64,000 nucleotides of DNA, taken from positions 992,001 through 1,056,000 of the forward strand of contig OZ237746.1 in NCBI GenBank assembly GCA_965178125.1, written 5' to 3'. The position numbers and the translations under genes were made by a program. This stretch comes from Bilabrum cf. latius. Lineage: Eukaryota. The notes beneath the pieces were generated by a model. The model was not told the DNA's origin, did not search any database, and worked only from the letters and a program-made list of their open reading frames with translations. Below are positions 37,809-48,700 of this stretch, piece by piece; the stretch's first letter is position 1; the number at the start of each line of letters is the position of its first letter.

Positions 37809-40312
37809 GCCATCGTGGTCGGCACGGGGAGGGGGCTCTGGGGTTGCCCCCTTTGCCTCTCTCCTTGCCTGTCACTTTGTCGAACCTCGACTGAACGGCA
37901 TGGGCTTCTTGCTCTCGCAATCGGCCGGCCGCTGACTTGCTTGGCCGCGTGCCCGAGGGCTCGCTGCCAGGCCCGCCGCGGGGTCCCCGTTTGACCGGGT
38001 CGTCCGCAGCGGTTGCCCACTTGCCGTGAATCTCTTGTTTGTCGCATTCTCCCTCCTCGGCCCGCGCTAGAGTTGGCACAGAAAAGAGCTGTCCTTGCCC
38101 GCTGCTTGCCGTGGGGCGCGCAGTGTCGGATCGCAAGCTTGTCTGTCTCTAGGGAGCCGTAGGTGCAGGGTCGGTGTCACGCATCGCCTTTGACATCAAC
38201 GCGGCTGGAATCGTCCCGAGGGAAGACTGCCTGCTGCGGACGTCGGGCTTGCGCGCCGGGCCTCTGCTCAGTTGTGCTGTCTACTCCACACCTTTCCAGG
38301 CTGCGGTATCCAGTACGAACCAATCCCGCTCGCTTGGCGAGTCCGTCGCTCAACCCCTGAATTCCTACCAGCTGTGCCAGTCTTTGCAGACGGCTCTTGA
38401 AGCGGTAAGAAGGGGAGTGCTCGTGGGCTCAAGCCTCGCTTGCTCGTTGCGCCGCGGATCTGTCGCTCGTCTTCTCGGTCGTCGGCTGGGCCTTTCGGTC
38501 CAGGAGTCCTGCAGAAGCACATCGCATTAGATCAACGCTGCGTCTAAAGTTGCCGCGCGCCTGGCTCAAGGCGTTGTGCTGGCGGGACAGCTCGCTTTCG
38601 CTTGCTCTCCGCCGGCTGCCGAGCCGGGTGCTGCTGCTCGCCGCGTCGGACCGCAACAGGACTCGCAGCGCTGTCCAATCAGTACGGGTTGTACTAATTA
38701 AATGGCATGCAATTCCTTTTAAGTTGTTACGGGACGCTGTCGAAGACAGTGGCGGGAGGAGGTGCCTGGTCCATCCGGGTGCCGGGCCCATTGCTGGGCG
38801 GCTCACCGGAGGCCGACTCGCCCCTCTTACAGTAGGTAAAAAATTGGCGTGTGACTCGTCAGCTGCGCAATCCTGTACATCGGTTGCAACCTGGCATTTT
38901 GGCACGCCGCAGATCGCGTACTGGGGACGCCCCAACCGGCCCGGACTTGGGCTCTCAGAATCGCGCGCTGCTATTCAGCACTCCGCAGGCCACAACGGCT
39001 TCTTTCACGCGTGCCGACGGCGTCTCATCCGCGCATAGCATGTCGCTGTACTGAAATATTGCGTTGATTGGAAGCATGCACGTTGAAGCGATTCCTACCG
39101 CGGCAAAGTAGCAACTGAAGCACCTCGTGCACCACACTTCGCCGGCCGCAGAGACTTCTCCACGACTGCACACATCGCATCGCAGCGCAACGAATGCACT
39201 CCATTCCGTTCCAATAGAATTCATATTAGATTTGCTGCGGCGCACGATCAAGATGGCTGTGAGGTTCGGCTGCAGCTTGTGCAAGACGGCATTCCAACGG
39301 CCTGCAACCAAGCAGCCGGTCACTGCTTGCACTTTCCCGGCAGATTTTCTTGTTCCAACTGTTCGGATTCCAATCTATTATACATTTAAATTGGTTTGAA
39401 TGGCTTGTCACTGCCTGGTATTGTCTGTGGGCGCGGGGCTGCGAGCTCTGACCACCAGCCAGCCCTCCCGGGCCTCCGCCGCGCCCCATTGCCGAGATGA
39501 AAACGGAGCCCATGCTCTATGCAGCCGGTTCAGCCCGCAATCTATGCCCCCCTTACCTGTGGATGTGCCTCAATCCGTCCTAGCTGTCAGCAATCGAGCA
39601 GAACAGCGACCCATCGAGAGCAGGCCGTGCGCGACCGCCCGGCCGGCCCATTCCAAGCTGCGCTTCTGCGCAAAGTATGCGTGCCTAGACCGCACCACAT
39701 ACTTTTTCTTGCAGTATTGTTCATTCCACCTGCTCCTTGGGCTCCGACAAGACCTCCCCTCCGTCAAACCGCGAGCCCCACCCCGAGCGACAAGCAATTG
39801 CTCTACTCTGGCGGTGCAGCCGAACCAGGTCTCGAGCTTGGCCCCGCCCACACGGCCGTTCCAGGAGTTATCCGCAATCTTGCTTCTAATATGTCTAAAT
39901 CATCGTCCAGGCGCCCCAAAGTTGCCTCGACCTGCCCTGCGGCCGAGATACGCGACGGATGCGGTCGCAAGGCACCTCCTCACGCAGTGAGTGCGGCAGG
40001 TACGCGCCCTTCATGGCACCATCCTTTCGGATCGCGCACTCAAGGGCCACCCACTCTAGCTCAATCGACACCTGTGCGCTGAATATGCGGTGAGTGGGCC
40101 CCTGGGCTGCATTGCGGGGCCGGTAGTTGCCGGCGAGGCCCGAGGCAGCGGCGGTGCGACCACAGGCGGCAGAGGTGCGCCCAGACAAAGAGGAAGCGAT
40201 GCATAGGATGCAGTACGCTGTCACAGGGTGTGCATAGGATGTGATGCATGAGTAAAAACCGAGGGGGGCATTGCGCAAACGTACACTGCAATCATCGAGG
40301 CAAGAAAAAGAG

Positions 40313-40432
40313 AGGCCTTCATCATCGGGGCTTCCCAGCTGGTCACCCACGCTAGTACTGGCCCGACTGGTGATTGCTTAGCTTCTGAGGTCGGCAGGGC
40401 TCAGGCGGGTCCAATCACATATGAACGAAGAC
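40313..40432 (-). rRNA. 5S rRNA (IGS-linked copy 5)
   Basis: Same sequence as 2365-2484. Confidence 0.9.
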
Positions 40433-41631
40433 AGGTAAGATGCGGACATCACGTTACTCGAACCATGCAACAGGTACAGCGGCAAGCCGGGCCAGCGGTG
40501 GGGTAGGAGGGGTGGGGTGCACGTGAGCGCGACTCGTGCACAGACTGCACAGCAAGCCAATAGGCACGCATCAAGCTTTAGCGAAGCGACTAGGCTGCGC
40601 ATACAGCGTGAATTGAGTACCTACGAAGAGGGCGGGAGGGGCGGCAAGGCATCGACAGCGGGTCGTAGCGAAGGGGGTCACTGGGAGGGGGACCGGGAGG
40701 GGCTGTGGCAGCGGGTAGCAGCGAAGGGGGAGGCTGAAGGACTAGGAGAGGCTGCGAGGGCAGTGTGCTAGCAGGCAATGCCATGGGTATGCAGTGAGGA
40801 CAAGTGGTGTCAAGCCATGCGTGGGAACGTGTGGTGGGTGGTGCTGGTGCGGGTGCGGGTGCGGGTGCCGGTGCCGGTGCGGGTGCGGGTGCGGGTGTGG
40901 GAGGGATAGATTGTGGGTTGGTTGGTTACTTTGGTGGTGCCGTAAAGGCACCGGGGAGTTAGAGCGGCCCGCCGCTCAGCAGCCGGGGCGCTGAGGGGCA
41001 GAGCAGCAGGCGAGTGGCTGAAATCAATGAGTCCGAAATTCCTCATAGTGTAGCAGTCAATCACCAGGCGAAAGAGTGCCAGGACGTGGAGGCACCTGCA
41101 GAGACCATGAGGAATGGTGTCCGAGGGTGGCTGCCGTCCGGCTGTACTCTTTCCCAACGCGTTCCAATGAAGGACCGGTTGACAAGAAGTGTGTTTGGTT
41201 GGGGTGACAGAGAATGCCCTTGGTGGAAGAGGCTGCATGTTGGCTGTAGGTGACATGGTGGCTTGCTTGATTACTAGCATAACTCTGGTCGATTCAACTC
41301 AGTGATTCATGATTCCATTTTGACGGACTCTGTGGTCGGCTAGTCTCCTACTGGAACCATCCGTCTTGTTGAGCCCGCTGGATGGGATGTCCTCCCACCC
41401 TTGCCACTGGCTGCAGTCATGCCGGAGGTGCGACCACCGTCTCCAGATGCATCCCCTCTCGGCTTTGCGCCACTGGCGGTTGAATCCGACTCCATCGGGC
41501 GAGCTGCACCTGAGGCTCCTTCACTGGCGCGCGGTGCCCTGCCGCGAACCTCCCTGGTGCTGCTGTGCTTGCGATGATGTGCATGCTGACCGGCAGCTCG
41601 AAGACCTGGTGCCCACCCACCCACCACGAGG

Positions 41632-41831
41632 NNNNNNNNNNNNNNNNNNNNNNNNNNNNNNNNNNNNNNNNNNNNNNNNNNNNNNNNNNNNNNNNNNNNN
41701 NNNNNNNNNNNNNNNNNNNNNNNNNNNNNNNNNNNNNNNNNNNNNNNNNNNNNNNNNNNNNNNNNNNNNNNNNNNNNNNNNNNNNNNNNNNNNNNNNNNN
41801 NNNNNNNNNNNNNNNNNNNNNNNNNNNNNNN
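41632..41831. other. Assembly gap (200 N)
   Basis: Run of n characters; true length unknown. Confidence 1.
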
Positions 41832-42878
41832 GACCGAACCTCGCAGTTGGCAAATCGTCTTCCTCGCACAGCAGGATCGACAAGACCAAGGACGTCAGCA
41901 CTGACAAGAGTTTCTAGGAAGACGCCATGGGATACAACGGCTATGTTGCGTTCCGATCGAGTGTAGAGGAACCGGACAAACGCCCTTGCCCTCGCGATCA
42001 CTTCGCTAACAAGCTCGCGCCTATCAGGTTGCCACCAAGTATCTTCATTTGTTCGCACCAAACTAAAGTCTACGTGTGGAAACTATGTCTTCATCTGCGA
42101 GGTTACTGAAATGGTGTGGAACAAGGTGCGATTTGCTTCATGCCTTGCAGGCTCACCACACGACCTATCAGTAGACACTAAGCTTACCGCAGAAACTGGA
42201 CTTCTTCTATCGCACGGATGCAGCCCATATGCTTCACGGACTGCCTCAACAGCGACCATTGGAACCTTTGTGCCGAAGATGCGGGTTGCAGTTTGCAGCG
42301 TCCGCAGCAGCGGGCTCACTAGAACCACGTCAACGCGTACTTTGCGCCTGGATAAATCTTCCCCTACAGCTGAAGCCTGTCGTTTGCCTGTGTCGTCCAG
42401 TCTGCGAGATGAGAATAACCAGTAGAGTCAAGCCAATTCTGCGCAGTCAAGCGTACCACTGCACATGTACGCCTGCAACAGGCTGGGTACGCTGCAGACT
42501 TTTCAATACTCATCAATGTTATCATAAGATCATATTTACAGATCAGACTACAAACTAGGGCGCCGGAACTGCCATTGACGCGTCGACTGCTTCCACCAAG
42601 TGCTTCCGCACCTTCACGCATTTGAAGATGGAAAAGGGGTTCTCACGATGCATCAGTCAGCGATACGTCGAGGTATGCCTTTTTGCCTCTATCTCTAGCG
42701 GCGACATTCTGCGAAATGTATCAGTAGATCGATCGTCGTCCATGTGCAAGCCCCATCAAGATGGTGTGATCCATCAACAAGACCACCACAGCCTCACATG
42801 CAACGCCTGCCCGTGTCGAACTAAATGCACTCTCTTAGCATCATTCAAACTCATCGCATAGCCCGCTGGTACCGCCAT
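41832..42878 (-). CDS. Histidine phosphatase / phosphoglycerate mutase-like protein, spliced; 3' end runs into the gap (possible tail in 41340-41631)
   Basis: Exons 42878-42798, 42708-42647, 42401-42188 and 42094-41832 (into gap), with GT...TCGCAG introns of 89, 245 and 93 nt. Spliced product: ..VHLVRHGQALH/NVAARDRGKKAYLDVSLTDAS/LDDTGKRQA..VSPLLRTLQTA..REAYGLHPCDRRSPVSA/MKT[TAG]FPHVDFSL..IAVVSHGVFL..FANCEVR. The RHG, SPLxRxxQT and SHG motifs are intact. Confidence 0.88.
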
Positions 42879-43076
42879 GTACTTGATGTTCGCAACGAAA
42901 GTGTGGTCGCGTGACTGAAGGTGCGATGTGCATTTGGCTCCGGACTTCCGGCAAACAAAATGAAAGTTGAACACGTACCACGTTCGTACACGACTTGATC
43001 AACAGCTGAATGGCAAAATACTTGCATCATGCATCCAGAGTTTTGAAACTAGTAATACGTGACATTCGAAAAAGAG

Positions 43077-43196
43077 AGGCCTTCATCATCGGGGCTTCCC
43101 AGCTGGTCACCCACGCTAGTACTGGCCCGACTGGTGATTGCTTAGCTTCTGAGGTCGGCAGGGCTCAGGCGGGTCCAATCACATGTGAACGAAGAC
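43077..43196 (-). rRNA. 5S rRNA, solitary copy outside the array
   Basis: Identical to the IGS copies except A>G at 43185. It keeps the CTCTTTTTC terminator, and its flanks are unrelated to the IGS. Confidence 0.88.
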
Positions 43197-44039
43197 GCCA
43201 GGGAGGCGGCATAATAGGATTTAGACCACATACGCGCAATGTGATACTCTAGTTTCAAGTTTCATTGACCTAGAGTTACAAACTATACATTACTGCCAGC
43301 TTCCTTGTGGGGTTCATGTATCCAAATGACCTCTAGTTGCTGGTTCGCACCTAAGCAGGAGTTAATGTGCATTCAACGTGGTTGCAACTAGGGTGGCTTG
43401 ATATGAGCCCGGATCGCACACATGGTGGAGCTGTCAGCCCCAGCCGTAGCATCAGCCTGGGTATGTACACTGTTGGAAGACGATGAGGCCAGTGAGTAGC
43501 CACAGTGCCTGCCTTTGGATCAGTGGCGCCGGCAAGCTTTGCCAACGCCCATGCACGTACAGGAGCAATGGCATGCTCTCGAAGACGCGCTTGCTTGCCG
43601 CCTGAAGACGACACAGGTAGAACGGAACAAGGCATGGCGTCCCGCCTAGCCATCTTGTACCCTACCGCTACAATACCGCGTCCTATGTATCTTCCCTCCT
43701 CTTTCTCGCCGTCGCAACTCACCACCGCTACGCGCACGACTTCTCGACTTGTCCAAGCACCTACGTCCAGCTCACGGCCCCAGCCTGAGAGGCGCAAACC
43801 CCTCACGCACGATCCCATTTTTAGCTCACCTGACATCGTGCTGCCTGTACATAATGGGTTTGTCATGCTGCTCACATCCTGGGGTAGCAACGATTCGCTT
43901 CAATATTGACCCACCCAGCTAACTAGCCGGCTCCGAGCCGACTGGGACTGAACCCACCCTGCTTCATGGAAGCGAAACCCTGGGTAGCTGAACCATCAAT
44001 TCTAGATCATTCCGACCCGGGGTGCCATCAAGTGCTGCA

Positions 44040-44725
44040 GCAGGTCTATCGAGCGAAGGGAACGAGCTGATACGGGGGGTGGCTAACCTAGGATCCGATA
44101 CGATGCACTGTCCAACTTCGCCACCGGTGCTATTACGTCAACTGTCAAGCGTGTTCTAGTTCTTCCCGCTCTGCGAAAGAGTGCAGCTGCGGCTGGTTCG
44201 AAAGGCTGGTGCGAAGCCTTGGATGACGACAGGAACTGGAGAGCAGTTGATTTTGGTTCGATGGGGGCAGCGCCTCCGAGAAAGGTCCCGAAACTTTTAG
44301 ACTGGGTTGTGTCAGCCCATGGCCGACACATCCACGACATTAGCACTCGCGGCTGTTTCATTTCGGACTATGCTATCGCCTCTATCGGTGGCAATTGCCC
44401 CAACTTAGAAGTTCTCATCGCGGACAAATTCGTGCAAGAGCAGCATTCGCACCACCCTCCTACGATCGTTGTCCCGGCCGGAAGCGCGGTCACAGTGCCT
44501 CGAACCGCCGCTGCACCATCGCCTGCACGGGCACATGCCAACCCTTGCCCAAGCTGCCCATCGCCCATCATGTCCCTGCAGGCATTGCGGGCACTCTCCC
44601 AGTCGGGGTCTCTCGCCTGCCTACCGCTTGCCTGTGTCAGACCCCGAATGGCGAGTCGGGCTACTCGCAGAGCGATCGGAAGGCCAACTGCTCGCACCCT
44701 TGGGGAGATCGCTGCTCGCTGCTGA
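44040..44725 (+). pseudogene. F-box/leucine-rich-repeat protein-like gene, frameshifted or decayed (boundaries uncertain)
   Basis: SSVF[TAG]FFPLCERVQLRLV is followed by a frameshift (one base missing) at ~44198, then SKGWCEALDDDRNWRAVDF; together these match F-box spacing. LRR-like segments ISDYAIASIGGNCPNLEVL and TARTLGEIAARC follow, then TGA stops. Confidence 0.55.
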
Positions 44726-45719
44726 CCCTGATTGTCGGAAGGGCTGATTTCGTGCGAGTTGTCTGCCTACTGTGATCAAGCACCCAGGCCCCTGCCTGCC
44801 ACTCCGCCGCCCGGTCCCCCCGCTGCAGCCCCCCATCCATAATCGCCGTCACATCAACATCCAGTGGTGCACCTCACAGACCGGCCGTGGACCTTTGTCC
44901 TTGATAGATGCACTTGTGGCTGACCTCAACACGGCTCCTCGCTCTAGTCCCAGAGAAGATGTTGAATGTTTACACGCCCTTGAACAGAGTCCTCGGGGCC
45001 TGGCAAGGCTCGCTGCATGAAGCGATTAGCCAGCAACAATACTCCCGCCAGATGCCGCACTGTCTACTAGGCATCAACGGGTTCTAAGAGCTTGCCGGGG
45101 GGGTGGTCAGGTAGGCGGGCCCGGCGCTTTGCCACACTCCTGCACAGCAACGAGGTCCGGTGCCTTCGATGCCATTCAGCATCCATGCTTACCTCCAAGC
45201 GCAAGAGCGTTGCTGCTTGCTTGCAGCTTGTCTCGGCAATCTTAGCAGCTTCCTTTGCTCAGACTCTTAGCTACAACTCGAGATTGTATTTGCCATGTAC
45301 CAGAGTTTTAGTCTTTGTCTCCTGCCAACAACACGGATCCGCTACCAGACTGCTCAAGCTGCCCCCGTGGACCTAATGTGACCGTTTCCCGGCCACATTG
45401 CAACCACGGCTGATTCCAGGGCAGACAATACGACTGCTTGTTGTTAGGCTACTTGAAATGGCAGGCGTTACGGATTGTTTAGCACGCAAAGTGTGACTCG
45501 CAGGTCAGGATCCAAAACGAAAGCCGCAGCACACGGATCTTGTCATAACCTCAATGATTATCAATCAATAAAGCACCAAAGTCAAAGTTTGTGGCGTCAA
45601 CATCTTATTTAGTACTCCATCATACACCCACTTGGTAAAAGAGCGCGCATTGCTCCAGTCAGCCTTGATCCTTTGGACCTTGGAATGCGAAGTCGGGTCT
45701 GTTTTACTGCAAGACACGC

Positions 45720-48700
45720 TCAGCCGTCGGGGGGTGGACGCTCGCCATCCCGTCGACGATGCCGCGCCATTCCAATGGACAAACGTGCAAACTGCAAGGC
45801 AAGGTCTTCAGCACCACCGCCAGACGACGTCAAAGTCTCGCGCCCCACGCTAAACCGGTGGTCCCGGCTAGTCTTGGACTTGAGCTTCATCATGAGCGAT
45901 CGAAGCCCTGCTGGTGGGCCACCATCACCTGCCTCGGCAGGCCTTGCTGATGGCTCACCATTCAGACAGGCCCGCCGTGCGAACTTGCGTGCTGCTAGAA
46001 CAGCTTCATCATGGCTACCCCTGTGCATGCACTCAAAGACTTGGTGGCATGCAACGTGGGCGGATGGCAGCACCGAGGTATCAGCTTGCCGCTCGCACGC
46101 CAACCCTGTGACATCTTGGCTCTATCCACGGGACACCCAGACTGGTGCAACCGAAGCTTGTCCGAGTTCACTAGCGTTTGCATGCTTCTGCCCAGTTCCA
46201 TGCCTGAATGACCGCGGATTGTGGGACAGGAACCCGAGAGTTGCGATCAGCAGGCTACCTAGTTCAGCGCCACTAGGCACCGGTTGCGGGTCTGGCGCAA
46301 GTGTAGCGGTGGCAGCGGGCTCTATCGTCACGCCTAGGCGGCTTAATTCACGTGAGTCCAGCCTCGGGGCGGACTGCAATGTCAACCCCGCGCAAATTGC
46401 GCAAGCCAGAGCAGCCTGCAGATGCTCGTGCTCGGCTAGCTCGACAAGTGGATCCGTGCGGGAGGTTTGCTTGGCAATGCCGAGCTCTATGGCACATGCA
46501 AGCACAACTAGCACAGACGCAGCCAGATCGGCACCTTGCAGCTAGAGGAGGCCGTCCAATGCATCCCCGTGGCGACGGACCCGCACTCGAATGCCGGGTC
46601 GTGCTACGCGAGAGTCAGACCCACCGGCACCCAGACCCATCCACGACCCCGACTCCAGCACCACTTGAACCCCTTGGACAGCTGGTACAGCAGCAGTGGG
46701 CTGCAAAGTTGGCGACGCTGCTACTGCACCTTCCTTTTCCACCCACTCGCCGATAATTGGGACTCGCATTGTGGTACTAGACGAAGCCTCTCGGGTCCAC
46801 CCTTGGGGCCTGATGTGCGCGATCTTCCGAGCCGCTGCTCGTCTGAATAGCCGCATTGACTCCACTAGCTATTCCGCCAGACTCCTCACGGCAATTTTCT
46901 CGGGGGGCACAGAGCGGTCGACTGCGTCGGCGCCACTGCGGTGGACCGCGGGATCGGCAACAGCTCTCCACAAGGCTACCGGCCGCGCACATCGCACCAT
47001 ATCATCGTCCGGCAGCTCTTGCGGCGGGGCCAAGCGACACCCAGCACAAGTTAGGCACAGTGACAGGGAAGCTTCTGGCTTTACAATCCCTTCCGCCGCA
47101 GTGGGCCGTGCCTCCCAGTGACCAAGCCCAAGGCAGCGGCGCCGTGCCATGCTGGCCACAGCGCGGGCTACCTAGTCCGCTGCGCCGGCGTCTCGGCTCC
47201 AGATGGCTTGCAGCGCCGCGGACCACTCTTCGAAACTTGAGACACCCTGTGCCTCATCCTCCAGTAGCAGCGAGGGCGCGCACGCCACCGTCTCCTCGTC
47301 CCGCTCACCGGCTGCCTGCGCGAGCGTTGCGCAAGCAGCATCCCACAGCAGCGTTGATACAGCTTCCGGTGAAAGTAGCAGTGGAAACGACCGCCCACGC
47401 TTCTGGTCATGCGCCTCCAGAAGGACCCCTAGCCCAAGGGTTGCGGGCTCATCCCTGTGGTCCGAGACGGAGGCGTCTCGAGCATAGCCTCGTGGCACAG
47501 ACAGGAGCGCAGGTGCCAGCAGGCAGGCCTGGTGCGGGGCGTCCGCAACACTCGCGTCACCGTCGCCTCGCGCGTGCGCAGGACTGGCATGCGTGCCCTC
47601 TCCCGTAGCGTCATCTTGCATGGGCACTGGTGGCGACTGCATCAAGTCCCCGGCCGCGTCGGCCGCGGTGCAGGCTCCTGTGACAGCGCGAGGTGGGAGC
47701 GCTGCAACGGGCAGCTTGGGCTGCTCGGGGGCGGGCATACCCATTAAGGCATGGAATATACGCAGGTTCTCCCCCAAAGCGTCCTTGCGGCCCGACCTTG
47801 GGATTGGCACCGCTGGCTCCCATGTGGCGTCACATCCTGGGCTTACCTACGAGTAACACACCACGGGATACGCGCTCAGCACGAGCCGGGTGCCTCCCAG
47901 CAGGGAACGGCAAGCCATCCGGCAGATCGGACTCGGTCGGGTGCTGGCAGTTGGCGTTGTGCCAAGAGACAACGCAATCGAAGAGAAAAGCGGCCTGCTG
48001 CTGTCACTGCCTCTATCTGCGTGAGGAAGACCAAGCAATCCCCGCGCAGGCTCCAACTCCTGGGCAGCCGGACCGGCAGCGCCTGAGCCAGTCGAGGGCG
48101 GCAGCAGCGGGGCAGCGCCAGAGCCGCCGGCTTTGACGGCCATGGAAGGGCGGTCTCGATCCAGATCCTGCCTCCCCGAGAGCAGCAGTGAGAAGGACCC
48201 TGGCTGCATGTCCTGCAGAAAGTGCCTGGCCACCTTACCGATCAGGATACCCGGCAGCCGGACCCGAGCGGCCGCCTTGCTGACCAGCTCATCGCCAGCT
48301 GCACTCCGCATGGTGTGGTGGGAGTCGCTGTGGGAGTCGCTGTGGGAGTCGCTGGCAACGTCCGATCCAGCATCCGCGGCAGCCGCTACCACGCTTGGCG
48401 CTGGGAGACTCTGCACGGAAGCACTGAGCCCAAGGGTCGCACGTGCGACGACCTGAAGCTCTGGACTCGGCCGTGCCAGCGCGTCGAGGGCTGCATCGGC
48501 CCCCAAGTCGCCCGCGGATTGTTCTGCGGCTTCATCTGCAGACAGGCTCGTGCCGACCCGGCCGGCGGCTGTCGAGTATCGGGACGCTTCGTGACCCGGA
48601 GAACTATCGAAGGCGTGGGCCGAGTCCTGCACGCACAACTCCAGCAGCGCTTGCTTGGCCCACTGCCTCCAGTCATCGCCCGGTGGACACTGGTGGTCCC

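Noticed and set aside
43240-43360. Possible suppressor tRNA(CUA) near CTCTAG/GGTTCG and an ACTCTAG...CTAGAGT inverted repeat
   Set aside because: No cloverleaf or properly spaced A/B boxes could be built by eye; tRNAscan-SE would settle it.
43351-43909. Overlapping 179-aa (-) and 134-aa (+) ORFs
   Set aside because: No recognisable motif. They could be 5' remnants of the F-box locus, but this cannot be supported.
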